Counted from the first letter of the stretch, positions 8,940 through 21,108 are shown. The stretch: DNA of 64,000 nt from Christensenellaceae bacterium (GCA_040766545.1 JAXGQH010000004.1:2157-66156), one strand, 5' to 3'. The notes: generated from the sequence alone by a model not told the origin. A program made the numbers and translations.

Positions 8940-11900
8940 GTGGAGGAAAACGGGAAAGAAATCGGCGCGGGCATAGACCTTTCCTATGTCCGGCAGGAGA
9001 CTGAAAAGTTCATTCAAAACGAGAGCGCAAAGCTGGAGTATGAAAAAATAGCATATAGCCGCAGTAAAAATGCCTATGTGCTCTTTTTGGCTTGCGGCGA
9101 ATTGTTGAGTTTGAAAGAGGCGGTCCGGATGAAAAAGAGCCTGGAGGAGGCCCTTCAAAACGTGACCGTGGTCATCCGCCAGCCGGGGACGGAGCTCATG
9201 AAGGCCGGGCAGCTGGAAAAGACGGTGCGGGAGTATATGGTCTACGAGGAACCCGCCCTCATTCCCTTTGCCAGACAGTGCACCGTGCGTCTTTCGGGCA
9301 GTTTTTTGAGCCTCACTTTTCAGCGGGAGCTGGGGCCTCATATGGCGAAGAAAATGGGGCTCAAGCAGAAGCTGGAGCGCTTTCTGGCCGAGAACTACGA
9401 TCTCACGATCGCCGTGAAAGAGTTTGCGGCGGGAGAAGTCGAAGAGGAGGGTGAACTGGAGATTTCCGGGCTGTTTGAGGAAAAAGCGCCGGTGAAAGAG
9501 CCTGATTTTCAGCCCGCCGCCCCCTCGCCGGCCAAGCCCGGCACCCGGGGAGAAAAACGCGCCCGGTTTTCCGCCAAAAAAAAGGCCATGATGGCCGTCT
9601 CCAAGATCAGCGAGCTGGTGCCCGACGGGGAAGCTCATATCGAGGGGGAGATACTGGCTTTTGAGACGGTGAACACCAAGGAAAACAAGTATCTCATCGC
9701 TAAGCTGGTGGTGACGGACTATACCTCCTCCGTCCGGTGTCAGAAGTTCGTAAAGAGTGGGGAGACCCATAAGGTGCTGAACTTTAAAAAGGGCGACTAT
9801 GTCTCGGTCTACGGCCGCTACGTGTTTGACTCCTTCAACAAGGAATACATCATAAACCTGCTGGACATCGAGCCTGCCGCCAAGCCCCTGCGCATGGACA
9901 TGGCCAAAGAAAAGCGGGTGGAGCTTCACCTCCACACCAACATGAGCGCCCAGGACGGCATGGCTCCCGCCGCGGCGTACATCGAGCGGGCGGCCAAGTG
10001 GGGGCACAAGGCCATCGCCATCACGGATCACGGCGTGGTGCAGGCCTTTCCCGACGCGTCGGCGGCAGGCAAGGCCCATCCCGGCCTGAAGATTTTATAC
10101 GGCGTGGAAGGCTATCTGGTGGATGTGCCGAAGAAGGTCTACTCCGGAAAAGATCGGGCGTTTACGGACACGTTCGTGGTTTTTGACATCGAGACCACAG
10201 GCATCTCCCAGCGCATGAGCGAGATCATCGAGATCGGCGCCGTGCGGGTGGAGCAGGGGAGGGTGGTCGGTGAGTTTAACACATTCGCCCGGCCCAAGCT
10301 CCCCGTGCCTTACGAGATCACCCGGCTCACGGGTATCTCCCAGGATATGGTGGAGCGCGCCCCCGAAATAGAGGAGGCCATCGAGGCTTTCTGGGCCTTT
10401 GCGGGGGAGGACTGTCTGGTGGCGCACAACGCGTCTTTTGACACGGGCTTTGTGTTCGCCAAATCCCGCCAGATGGGCATCCGGGTGCAGAGTGACGTGC
10501 TCGACACCCTTCTCATCGCCCGAGCCCATCTGAAGAGCTTAAAGTCGAGAAGCCTCGACAAGCTGGCCGATCATTACAATATTCCCCTTGCGCACCACCG
10601 GGCGGCGAACGACGCTAGGTGCACGGCGGAGGTGATGCTCCACATGTTCCGGGACATGGAAAAGGAATACGGTTACACGAAACTTTCCGAGCTTAACTAT
10701 CTGGCGGACACGGCCGCCTTTGTCCGCTCCGCCCCCCGGCCCAACCACATCATCATCCTCTGCAAAAACAAGACGGGGCTCATAAACCTGTACAGGCTCA
10801 TATCCGTCAGTCACCTCAGCTATTTCTACGGCCGGCCCCGCATACCCAAAAACGAGCTCCACCAGTACCGGGAAGGGCTGATATTCGGTTCTGCCTGCGA
10901 GCAGGGGGAACTGTTCCAGGCGGTGCTGCTGGGCTATCCCGAAGAAAGGCTCACGGAGATCGCCTCGTTTTACGATTATCTGGAGATACAGCCTTTCGGC
11001 AACAACGAGTTTATGGTGCGGGAAGGCACGGTGGCTTCGAGGGAAGAGCTGAACGAGATCAACAAAAAAATCTGCGCTCTCGGAAAAAAGCTGGGAAAGC
11101 CCGTGGTGGCCACGGGCGATGTGCACTTTTTAGAGGAGCGGGACGAATACTTCCGGCGCATACTGATGGAGACCTCCGGGTTTAAGGACGCGGACAATCA
11201 GGCCCCCCTTTATTTCAAGACCACGGATGAGATGCTGGAGGAGTTCTCTTATCTCGGCGAGGAAGCCGCCTATGAAGTGGTGGTGAAAAACCCGAACGCC
11301 GTTGCGGACAGCATCGACGCCATCGACCTCTTTCCCGGGGAGACGGCCATGCCCGTGGTGGAGGAGGCGGCGGGGGACATACGGGAAGCCGCCGTCCGAA
11401 AAATGCACGAGCTTTACGGAGACCCACTCCCGTCTCACATAGAAGCCCGGCTCTTTAAGGAGCTCAACTCCATCATCAACAACGGCTTTGCCGTGCTGTA
11501 CTGGATCGCCATGAAGCTGGTGAACAAGTCGGTGAAAGACGGGTACATCGTGGGTTCCCGGGGTTCGGTGGGCTCCTCTCTCGCGGCTTTTGCCATGGAC
11601 ATTACGGAGGTGAACCCCCTTGCGCCCCATTACCGCTGCCCCGGCTGCAAGCATTCGGATTTTGCCGTGGACAAGGCATACGGCTGCGGCCCCGATATGC
11701 CGGGCGCGCTTTGCCCCGTCTGCGGAACAAAGTATATTGCCGACGGGTACGACATCCCCTTCGAGGTGTTTTTGGGTCTGAACGCGGAAAAGGTGCCCGA
11801 CATCGACTTAAACTTCTCGGGGGACTACCGCCCGCGAGCCAATAAATACATTGAGGAGCTGTTCGGGGAGGAGTACGTCTACCGGGCGGGCACCATCAAC

Positions 11901-13255
11901 TCCATCCAGGAAAACACCGCCAAAGGGCTGGTGCGAAAGTACATGGAGCAGACGGGCAAGACCGTGTCCGAAGCGGAAATCGAGCGGCTGGCGGCGGGTA
12001 TGACGGGAGTGAAAAAGACCACGGGTCAGCACCCGGGAGGGCTCGTCATCGTGCCGCGGGACCGGGAGATTTATGAGTTCACCCCATCCAGCACTCCGGC
12101 GGACAAGTCGGAAGCGGACACCGTCACCACCCACTTCGACTTTCAACTCCATGCACGACATCCTGATCAAGCTGGACATACTCGGCCACGATAACCCCAC
12201 GGTTTTAAAAATCCTTCAGGACGCCACGGGCATCGACCCGCTTGCCATCCCCTTAAACGACCCCAAAACCCTTTCCCTGTTTACGGGCACGGAGGCGCTT
12301 TCCATCGTCCCCGAGCAGATACGGGGGGTGAAGTTCGGCGTGCTGGGCATCCCCGAATTTGGCACGCCGTCCACCATGCGGATCCTCGACGTGACAAAGC
12401 CGAAGACGGTGGCCGAGCTCATCCGGCATATCCGGCCTGTCCCACGGCACAAACGTGTGGAAAGGAAACGCGGAAGATTTAGTGCTCGGCGGCACGGTCT
12501 CCTTAAGCGGGGCCATCTGCACCCGGGACGACATCATGCTGGGCCTCCTCTCCATGGGCGTGCCCCACCAGACGGCGTTTTTTATCATGGAAAGCGTGCG
12601 CAAGGGCAACTGGGCCAAGGGCCGGGAAAAAAAGCAGGCCGAGCAGGAAAAGGCCATGCGGGAAGCGAAGGTACCCGAGTGGTTTATCGATTCCTGCAAA
12701 AAAATAGAGTATATGTTTCCAAAGGCCCACGCGGCGGCTTACGTGGTCATGGCCCTGCGGATCGCCTACTTCAAGGTGCACCACCCGCTGGAGTTTTACG
12801 CGGCCACATTCTCCATTAAAGTGGCGGATTTCAACGCCGCCCTCATCTTAAAAGGGAAGGCGGCCGTAGAAGAGGAGCTTCAAAGGCTTTCGGAGCTGGG
12901 CATGAAGCAGACGGCCACTGAAAAGAGCGCCGGCGTGGCACTGGACCTGGCCCTTGAGATGATGGAGCGGGGTTTTTCCTTTCTGCCGCCCCACCTCAAG
13001 AAGAGCCGGGCCGCCCGCTTTACAGTGGAAAACGGCAGGGTGCGCATGCCCTTCATGTCCATCCCGAATCTCGGAGCAAAGGCGGCGGATCAGCTGGAAA
13101 AAAAGACCGCCGAAATGGAGTTCACTTCGGTGGAGGAGCTGAAGCGGGAGTGCAGACTTTCCCAAAAGGTGGTGGACACCATGCGGGAGCTGGGCTGCCT
13201 GGGCGAGCTGCCCGAGAAGGCGCAGCTCAGTCTTTTTGACGCGCTGCGGTTCTGA
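8940..13255 (+). CDS. polC: DNA polymerase III alpha subunit, PolC type (indels at about 12085-12150 and 12430)
   Basis: RVELHLHTNMS (PHP), DEDDh exonuclease FDIETTG, GSRGSVGSS, KVPDIDLNFSG, KLDILGHD, YMFPKAHAAAY across three ORF pieces. Confidence 0.95.
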
Positions 13256-13268
13256 AAGGTCTCTTTGG

Positions 13269-13297
13269 TTGACTATTGGCACAAGAAGCCGTATAAT
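13269..13297 (+). promoter_or_regulatory. SigA-type promoter of secD-secF-like genes
   Basis: TTGACT-17 nt-TATAAT. Confidence 0.75.
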
Positions 13298-13353
13298 ATA
13301 AAAAGTCTTTTTATGGACAGATCTGAACCATACAGGTCGGAGGAGTTTTTTCT

Positions 13354-14622
13354 ATGAAGGTACGCAACCTTATAATCCTGATACTGGTGGCGGCGCTTCT
13401 ATTCGCGGGCGCGTACACGGTATTTGTGGGGCTGGAGTTTGGCTATAAGAGTTTTGAGCCGCTCCGCGCCCTGAGTTACGATATGAACCTGGGCGGCGGG
13501 GCCGCCATCACCTATAAGATGAAAGAGGCGGACGAGGCCTCCATCAGGGCGGTCATATCGATTATGGAAACCAGGCTTCAGGATAAGGGCATCCTTACCT
13601 ATTCCGTCACCCGGGAAGGGGAGGACAGGATTCAGGTGAATATCCCCGTCAACAGCACCAGCAAAATGAGCGACGCGGCGCAGATTGCCGATTACCTGGC
13701 CGAGACGGGGAACTTTAACATACGGAATACCGCGGGGGACGTGCTCATCGAGCGCTCGGAAATAGACGACGTGTTCGTCTACGAGGACACCCTTGGAAAG
13801 TTCGTGCTGTACGTGAGCGTAAAGAAGGACTCCATAGCGAAACTGCAGGAAGCGGCGCTCGAAGTGAAGGAGTCGAACGATCCCTACATTGAAATTTACC
13901 TCGACGACGTGGAGCTGGCAAGCGTATACGTCACGTCGGGCATAGACGAGGGCACCTTCGGATTTGACGCGGGCTATACGGAGTATCAGGCAAACGAAGC
14001 GGCCGATCTCATCAATTCAGGCATGTACCCCAAGGGCGTTTCCGTCTTTGAAGAGAAGGATTTGGGTCCCGATATGGGCGAGGCGGGGAGCCTGTTTATG
14101 GCGGCTCTCGGCGCGGCGGCGGCAGTGGCGGCTTTATATCTCATCCTGCGCTACCGGGTCCCCGGGCTTTTGGGCAGCCTCAGCATACTGTTTTATCTGA
14201 CGCTCACCGCTTTTCTCATTTCGCTTATGCGCATGACGGTGACGCCCTGGGCCTTTGCGGCAGTGGGCGCCGGCCTCATACTGACGGTGGCTTCCCAGAT
14301 ATGCATCCATTCGGACATCCGGAAAGAATTTGACAACGGCAAAAACATTCGGGCGTCTTACCGTTCGGGCTACGGGTCGGCTTCCAAAACCGTGCTCGAC
14401 TTATTCGCCGTGCTGTTCTTCGCCTTCCTCGTATTCGTGGTGTCCGCTGTGGAAAACATCACCAACTTCTCTTATTTCCTCGGCGTGTCCATCGCCGTGT
14501 CCTATGTGAGTTCGGTGGTGGTGAACAGATTTTTATACAGCCTGGTGGTGGGCATGGCTCCCGAAAAAACAGGGCTGTATTTTGCGGCGCGAAAGGTTTC
14601 GGCCGAAGGGAGCGAAGAATGA
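13354..14622 (+). CDS. secD: Divergent SecD-like protein-export membrane protein
   Basis: N-terminal TM; DMNLGGG (GLDLxGG-like); METRLQDKG...REGEDRIQVNIP; five C-terminal TMs; upstream of recJ-rel. Confidence 0.75.
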   Translation: MKVRNLIILILVAALLFAGAYTVFVGLEFGYKSFEPLRALSYDMNLGGGAAITYKMKEADEASIRAVISIMETRLQDKGILTYSVTREGEDRIQVNIPVNSTSKMSDAAQIADYLAETGNFNIRNTAGDVLIERSEIDDVFVYEDTLGKFVLYVSVKKDSIAKLQEAALEVKESNDPYIEIYLDDVELASVYVTSGIDEGTFGFDAGYTEYQANEAADLINSGMYPKGVSVFEEKDLGPDMGEAGSLFMAALGAAAAVAALYLILRYRVPGLLGSLSILFYLTLTAFLISLMRMTVTPWAFAAVGAGLILTVASQICIHSDIRKEFDNGKNIRASYRSGYGSASKTVLDLFAVLFFAFLVFVVSAVENITNFSYFLGVSIAVSYVSSVVVNRFLYSLVVGMAPEKTGLYFAARKVSAEGSEE

Positions 14623-15524
14623 TGTTTAAGAAGAAATATGTGATCGGACTACTCATTTCTCTCATTGTGATGCTGGCGGCGGTGGGGGTTTCGCTTCTGG
14701 GACCCATGGATTTTCTGGGACTCGACTTCACCGACAGCTTTATCATCAAGGCGGACATCAAAGAAGAGTTCGACGAAGAGACCATTTACGGCGTGCTCTC
14801 TTCCTATAAGAGCCGCACGGGAGACACGCGGGTGGAAAAGGCGGGAGATCATCTCGATCAGGCGGTCATCCGGGTGCAGCACGGGAACGAAGAGCTGGCC
14901 AAAGAGATCGTGGGCAAAATAGCGGAAAAGTATGAGAACGCCGCATACAGGGGATTTGTCTCCGAGCGGAACTACTCCGGCATGAGCCCGCTCCTGCGCT
15001 ATTCCCTCATTGTGCTTTTGGCTGTGCTGGCCGTGTGCGTCTTTTTGGCCGTCCGTCAGGGCGTGGCCTTTGCGGCGGGCACATTTTTCGCCATACTGTT
15101 CGGCGTGGCTGCGGGTGTGTGCCTGACCGTGCTGGTGGCCGTGCCCATCGGCGTCGGGAGCTATATGGGCTCCGTGCTGTCGGCCTTTTTGTCTGCAGCC
15201 GTGCTGCTGACGCTGATCGGCGGGAAGATGAAGGAAGAGGCCCATAAGGGCGATGAAAAGCCGGAGGAGCCTCTCTTTTCTCCCGTTATGAAGGGCGTGG
15301 CGGTAAAGGGCGGAATTGCGGCGGCTGCGGCGCTGGTGTTTCTGGCGCTCCTCATCATATTCGGCGGCACCCAGGTAAAGGCCTTTGCGGTTTCTCTGGC
15401 GGCCGGAGGCATCACGGGCGTGTTTTCCGCCTATATGATCGGCGCTCCCCTCATATGGGAGATCATGGAAAAGGGAAAGACGGCGCGCCTGAAGCCGAGA
15501 AAGCGGGCAAAGGCAATCAGATAG
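14619..15524 (+). CDS. secF: Divergent SecF-like protein
   Basis: LGLDFTDS (GIDFTGG-like), LIIFGG.QVKAFAVSL..G...GVFSAYMIGAPL; overlaps the secD stop. Confidence 0.7.
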   Translation: MMFKKKYVIGLLISLIVMLAAVGVSLLGPMDFLGLDFTDSFIIKADIKEEFDEETIYGVLSSYKSRTGDTRVEKAGDHLDQAVIRVQHGNEELAKEIVGKIAEKYENAAYRGFVSERNYSGMSPLLRYSLIVLLAVLAVCVFLAVRQGVAFAAGTFFAILFGVAAGVCLTVLVAVPIGVGSYMGSVLSAFLSAAVLLTLIGGKMKEEAHKGDEKPEEPLFSPVMKGVAVKGGIAAAAALVFLALLIIFGGTQVKAFAVSLAAGGITGVFSAYMIGAPLIWEIMEKGKTARLKPRKRAKAIR

Positions 15525-15530
15525 AAAAGC

Positions 15531-15559
15531 GGAAAGGCGGTGGTCACCGCCTTTCTTTA
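15531..15559 (+). terminator. Terminator-like hairpin after secF
   Basis: gaaaggcggtg-gt-caccgcctttc-ttt. Confidence 0.6.
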
Positions 15560-15570
15560 TAGACGGGATT

Positions 15571-17860
15571 ATGAGATACATTGAGAAAAAAACTCCGCTC
15601 GGGGAAATAAAAACCTATCAGGACTGCACTCTTCGGGAGACGGTGCAGGCGCTTTTAAGGGAGAGGGGAATTTCGGATGAGGATCTTCAGGGCTTCCTCT
15701 TCCCAAGCGCCTCCGCTCTTCACGATCCCTTTTTATTCGTCAACATGGGGCGGGTGGTGCAAAGGATCCGCCGCGCCGCGGCTTCCCGGGAGTGTATACG
15801 CATTTACGGAGACTATGACTGCGACGGCGTTTCCGCCGCCGCCATACTCTATTTGACCCTGAAAAAGCTTGGGGCGGACGCCTCCGTTTATATACCGGAC
15901 AGGGCGACGGAAGGGTACGGCACCAACCGGGAGGCCTTTCAAAAGATCATAGACGGGGGCGCTTCCCTCATCATCACTGTGGACTGCGGCATCAAAAGCG
16001 TGGAAGATGTGGCCTACGCGAAAGAGAGGGGCGCGGACGTGATCGTCCTCGATCACCACGAATGCGGCCCCGTGCTGCCGGACACGGAATTCTTGATTAA
16101 CCCCAAAGCCCCCTTTGAAACTTACCCCTGCCGGGAGCTTTGCGGCGGCGCGCTGGCCTTTAAGCTGGCGGAAGCGCTCCTGGGAGAGGAGGCTTTTTGC
16201 TATCTCGACATGGCCGCCGTGGCCACCATCGGGGACATGGTGCCCCTTCTGGGGGAAAACCGGGTCATTGCGGCGCTTGGCATGGAGAAGCTCAAAAAGG
16301 AGCCCGCCCCCGGGCTCCGGTATCTGGCGGAAGTGTCCAAAATCGATGTGACGGGCATCAACGCCCGGAAAATCGCCTTTTCCCTCGTGCCCAGGCTGAA
16401 CGCGGCGGGACGGATGACCCACGGGAGCGACGCCTTTAAGCTCCTGACCGAAGAGGACGAGCGGATCTGCCTGGCCCTCGCCAAAGAGCTGGATTTGCAA
16501 AACAAAAAGCGCCAGACCATACAGAAAAAAATCACGGAAGAAGCGGTTTTGCGGGCGCGGCAGCAGAAAAACCGGGCGGAAACCCGGCTGCTCGTCTCCT
16601 GCCAGAAAGGCTGGGACAAGGGGGTGCTGGGTCTCGCCGCCGCCTCCTTTGTGCAGACCTTCTGCCGGCCCGCGCTGGTGCTCTCCGAGTCGGAAGAGGG
16701 ATTTTTAACCGGCTCGGCCCGGAGCATCCCCGGCGTCAACCTCTACCGGATACTCCTTACCTGCGCGGACAAGTATCTGAATTTTGGCGGGCACGAGATG
16801 GCCGCCGGGCTCAGCCTGAAAGCGGCGGACATGGAAGAAGTGGAGCGGCGCTTAAACGAGGCGGCGAAAAAGGAATACGGGGACGAACACTTCCTCCGCA
16901 CGCTTTATTACGATAGGGAGCTCGACCAGAAGAGCGCCACGTTAAAGCTGGCAAAGGAGCTTGCCCTTCTGGAACCTTTCGGAATGGGAAACGAGGAGCC
17001 GGTGTTTTTGATCCGGGGCTTTGTGCCCGACAGCGTAACGAAAATGGGCAAGGGAGAACACCTGAAAATCCGCGCGGGTGCTGGAAGCCGTCTGGTTTTA
17101 TACGGGAGGCGGAAGTGCGCCCCGGCCGGGCGTATACCCTTCGCCACGCTGTGTAAACGAGTATAGCGGCAGGGAACGCCTGCAGCTTCAGGTGCAGGAT
17201 ATGCGGGAGCCGGAGGCGGGCGACAGGCGCTTTGAGCATATGCGGATCTTTCCGGCGGAAGTTTTGGCCTACCGGGACTTTTTGTTTCAGGAGAAGCGGG
17301 AGCGCCGGGTGGTGAGCCGGGAGGAGCTTTTGAGCCACCTCATGGGCAATCTTTTCGGTCAGGCTGTTTTAGTGGGCTCGAAGTTGGTAATATGATAGTA
17401 AAAGGCCGGGGAGTGCTGCCGCGAACCGGACGAGTACAGCCTGGAAACGCGGTGGTCTATGCCGGTGTGCCGGGGTATGATCTGGTGCTGCTGGGAGCTT
17501 TCCGAAAACTTGCGGACTATCCGGAGGCGCCCGTCTGCTTTGATAAAGAGGTGGAAGCGCTCTACGCCGCCGAAGCCGCCAAGTATTTTTTTCCTGAAGA
17601 GGCGTTTTCTTTCTATCAGGACTGCTTTAAAAAACTCCACGGGCAAGTAATATGATACGGTGCGGGAGCTTCTGACCGCCGCCTGTGGGGAGGATAAACA
17701 AGAGCGGGCCTGGGCGGCCCTCAATATTTTATCCGAACTCGGATTGCTCACATTGAAGAAAAATGGTAAAATATACGTTAATTATAAGAATCAAGAGGGA
17801 GAGCTGAAAAAAGCCGGTTATATCTGGCTTTGCGGGATGTGTGCGGCAAGGGAGCGTAAT
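15571..17860 (+). CDS. recJ: Single-stranded DNA exonuclease RecJ with long C-terminal extension (several indels after about 17080; end approximate)
   Basis: IYGDYDCDG, ITVDCG, DHH, PRLNAAGR, GSARS, FGGH.MAAG, LEPFGMGNEEP. Confidence 0.9.
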
Positions 17861-20008
17861 ATGAGCAGCCATTATGAGACGTTCATAGAAAAATATCCCA
17901 TATACAAAGACGATCAGCTGATCAGGAAAGCGTTTGAGGTGGCGGAAAAGGCCCACGAAGGGCAGCTTCGGAATTCCGGCGAGCCTTACATCATCCATCC
18001 TGTGGCGGTCGCCCATATACTGGCGGATCTGGGTCTCGACACGGCCAGCATCTGCGCGGGTATGCTTCACGACGTCCCCGAGGACACCTGCTGCACGCTG
18101 GAACAGCTGGAAAAGGACTTCGGCAAGGAAGTGGCGGCCATTGTGGACGGAGTCACCAAGCTCGCCATGTTTGACTTCAAGTCGCGGGAGGAAGCCCAGG
18201 CCGAGACCATGCGGAAGATGTTTCTCGCCATGGCCGCGGACATCCGGGTGGTCATCATCAAGCTGGCCGACCGGCTGCATAACATGCGCACCCTCGACTA
18301 CAAGACCATGGACCGGCAGCAGGAAAAAGCCAAAGAGACGCTGGAAATTTACGCGCCTCTGGCCCACAGGCTGGGCATTTATGCTTTCAAATGGGAATTT
18401 GAAGACCTGGCTTTAAAATATCTGGACCCGGACACCTATTTCGACATCGCCAAGCGGCTCAACGCCACCCGCCGGGAGCGGGAAAAATACATTGACGCCA
18501 TCATCGCCATGCTTCGGGAAAAGCTGGCGCCTTTAGGCGTCAACTTCGAGCTGGAGGGCAGACCCAAGCACATTTACAGCATTTATAAGAAATTGAAAGA
18601 CAAGGAGCGGGAGTTTGAGGATCTGTACGACATCGTGGCCGTGCGGGTCATTGTGGAGACGGTGCGGGACTGCTATGCCGTGCTCGGTACGGTGCACACC
18701 GTCTGGCGCCCCCTGCCCATGCGCTTTAAAGATTATATCGCCGTCCCCAAACCCAACATGTACCAGTCCCTTCACACGACGCTTCTCGGGGCGGACGGCA
18801 AGCCCTTTGAAATACAGATCCGCACATTTGAAATGCACAGGACGGCGGAGTTTGGCATCGCCGCCCACTGGAAGTACAAAGAGCATGTGGAGGGGCGGAC
18901 GGATTTTGACGAAAAACTCTCCTGGCTTCGGGAGCTGATCGAGTGGCAGGGCGACCTGAAGGACTCCAAAGAGTTTTTGGACGCCCTCCGGATCAACTTC
19001 TTTTCGGGCACCGTGTTCGTCTTTACTCCCAAGGGAGACGTGAAGGACCTCCCATCGGGGAGTACGCCTCTTGACTTTGCATACAGCATCCACTCGGCCA
19101 TCGGCAACAAGTGCGTGGGTTCCAAGGTGAACGGCAAAATCGTGCCCCTTACCTACGAGCTCAAAACGGGAGATATCGTGGAGGTGCTCACCAACCCCTC
19201 CAGCAAAGGCCCCAGCCGGGACTGGCTCAACATCGTGCGCACGGCCGCGGCCCGTTCCAAAATACGGGCCTGGTTTAAAAAAGAACTGAAGGAAGAAAAG
19301 ATCGTCAAGGGCAAAGTGATGCTGGAAAAAGAGGCCAGGCACAGGGGCTACGACCTGGACGATCTTTTAAAGCCCGACTGGCTGAAGGAGATTTTCAAGC
19401 GCTTCACTTTCAACTCCATGGAAGATATGTACGCCGCCGTGGGCTACGGGGGCATCACCGTGAATCAGGTGCTCTCGCGGCTGCTGGAAAGCTATATGAA
19501 GGAGCACCCGGAAGAGCAGCTGGTCTGGTCGCGGGCGGGGAGCAAGCACTTCAAGAGCGGCGGCAGCGTGGTGACCGTGAAGGGCTATTCGGATATGCTG
19601 GTGCACCTGGCCAAGTGCTGCAACCCCCTTCCGGGAGACGATATCATCGGGTTTATTACGAGAGGGCGGGGCGTTTCCGTCCACCGTTCGGACTGCTCCA
19701 ATATCACCGCCAAGGATTTTCCCGAAGACAGGCGGATCGAGGTCTCCTGGACGGAAAAGGAAAAAGCCAGCTACGTGGTGGAAATCCAGCTGGAATGCGA
19801 AGACCGGCCGGGGCTGATGGCCGACGTGTCCAAGATGCTCTATGACCAGGGTTACTCCATGAGCACGGTGAACGCCCGGTTTTTAAAGACCAAGGAATAT
19901 GTGATCAACATCAAATTTGAAGTGCCCAGCATGGAGCATCTCCGCCTTCTCATTGAGAAGCTCAAGAAGATCCACTCCGTGGTGGACGTGTATCGGGTGA
20001 ACAATTAG
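17861..20008 (+). CDS. relA: Bifunctional (p)ppGpp synthetase/hydrolase Rel
   Basis: SGEPYIIHP, LHDVPED, KLADRLHNMRTL, YQSLHT, TGS and ACT domains; start reassigned to ATG 17861 (SD ggag). Confidence 0.97.
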   Translation: MSSHYETFIEKYPIYKDDQLIRKAFEVAEKAHEGQLRNSGEPYIIHPVAVAHILADLGLDTASICAGMLHDVPEDTCCTLEQLEKDFGKEVAAIVDGVTKLAMFDFKSREEAQAETMRKMFLAMAADIRVVIIKLADRLHNMRTLDYKTMDRQQEKAKETLEIYAPLAHRLGIYAFKWEFEDLALKYLDPDTYFDIAKRLNATRREREKYIDAIIAMLREKLAPLGVNFELEGRPKHIYSIYKKLKDKEREFEDLYDIVAVRVIVETVRDCYAVLGTVHTVWRPLPMRFKDYIAVPKPNMYQSLHTTLLGADGKPFEIQIRTFEMHRTAEFGIAAHWKYKEHVEGRTDFDEKLSWLRELIEWQGDLKDSKEFLDALRINFFSGTVFVFTPKGDVKDLPSGSTPLDFAYSIHSAIGNKCVGSKVNGKIVPLTYELKTGDIVEVLTNPSSKGPSRDWLNIVRTAAARSKIRAWFKKELKEEKIVKGKVMLEKEARHRGYDLDDLLKPDWLKEIFKRFTFNSMEDMYAAVGYGGITVNQVLSRLLESYMKEHPEEQLVWSRAGSKHFKSGGSVVTVKGYSDMLVHLAKCCNPLPGDDIIGFITRGRGVSVHRSDCSNITAKDFPEDRRIEVSWTEKEKASYVVEIQLECEDRPGLMADVSKMLYDQGYSMSTVNARFLKTKEYVINIKFEVPSMEHLRLLIEKLKKIHSVVDVYRVNN

Positions 20009-20458
20009 ATGAGAGCGGTGGTTACGCGGGTAAAAAGCGCCTCTGTGCGGATAGCCGGGGCGCTTTATTCAAAGATCGAACAAGGGCTTTTGGTGCTTTT
20101 AGGGAGCGAGGAGGGGGACACCCCCGGGGATATTTCCTACATCGCGGAGAAGACGGCGAATCTGCGCATTTTTCAGGACGAAGAGGGCAAGATGAACCGC
20201 TCCGTGCGGGACGCGGGCGGGGAAATACTGATTGTCTCCCAGTTTACATTGATGGGTGACGCCCGCAAGGGCAGACGCCCGAGCTTCATCAAAGCGGGTT
20301 CGCCCGCCGAGGCGGAAAGCATCTACGACCAGGCGGTTTTGGCATTTGAGGCGCAGGGTCTCCCGGTGAAAACGGGAGTGTTTCAGGCGCATATGGAGGT
20401 GGAATCCATCAACGACGGCCCGGTGACCATTCTTCTCGACAGTCGCAGGCTATTTTAG
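20009..20458 (+). CDS. dtd: D-aminoacyl-tRNA deacylase
   Basis: VSQFTL, NDGPVT. Confidence 0.98.
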   Translation: MRAVVTRVKSASVRIAGALYSKIEQGLLVLLGSEEGDTPGDISYIAEKTANLRIFQDEEGKMNRSVRDAGGEILIVSQFTLMGDARKGRRPSFIKAGSPAEAESIYDQAVLAFEAQGLPVKTGVFQAHMEVESINDGPVTILLDSRRLF

Positions 20459-20467
20459 GGGGATCAA

Positions 20468-21108
20468 ATGGCGGAAATCATTAAAATCGTCACGCCCATG
20501 ATGGACGAGAACGCCTATATCGTCTATAAAGCGGGGGAAAAAGAGGCGATCGTGATCGACCCTTCTTTTAACGCGAGGGTGCTTTTAAAAGCCCTGGAAG
20601 AAAGCGGCCTCGCCTGCCGGGCTGTTTTCCTTACCCACGGGCATTTTGACCACATCGCGGGCGTCCGTCCCCTCCGGGAAAAGATGGGGGCGGCCGTCTA
20701 CATCCATGAGAAGGACGCGGACATGCTGACGGACGCGGAGAAGAACATGAGCGTCCTGTTCGGGATCAACGTCACCGCGCCCCCGGCGGACTATGCTCTT
20801 CAGGACGGGGCGACTTTCTCATTGCCGGACGCAGATCAAGGCCGTCCACACCCCCGGCCACTCGGCGGGAGGAAGCTGTTACCTGATTGACGATGCCCTG
20901 TTTACCGGGGACACGCTGTTTAACGGCGGCATCGGGCGGACGGATTTTCCCGGCTGCGGTCTGGACGAGCTTGCGGCTTCCCTTCAAAAGCTGGCCGGGC
21001 TCAAGGGGGATTATATCCTCTATCCGGGGCACGGGGAGTCCAGCTCCCTGGATTTTGAACGCGCCAACAACCCCTTACATGGGAGAAGAAAAATGGTTTC
21101 TCTCATAA
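20468..21108 (+). CDS. MBL-fold metallo-hydrolase (glyoxalase II-like), frameshifted
   Basis: THGHFDH, HTPGHS, LFTGDTLF, YPGHG across frames. Confidence 0.88.

Noticed and set aside
12073-12460. Split polC suggesting an intein, intron or programmed frameshift
   Set aside because: Conserved PolC motifs (FTP.Q.PA, THFDF, KLDILGHD, GLSHGTNVW) are contiguous across 1-nt shifts with no inserted sequence, which fits sequencing indels.
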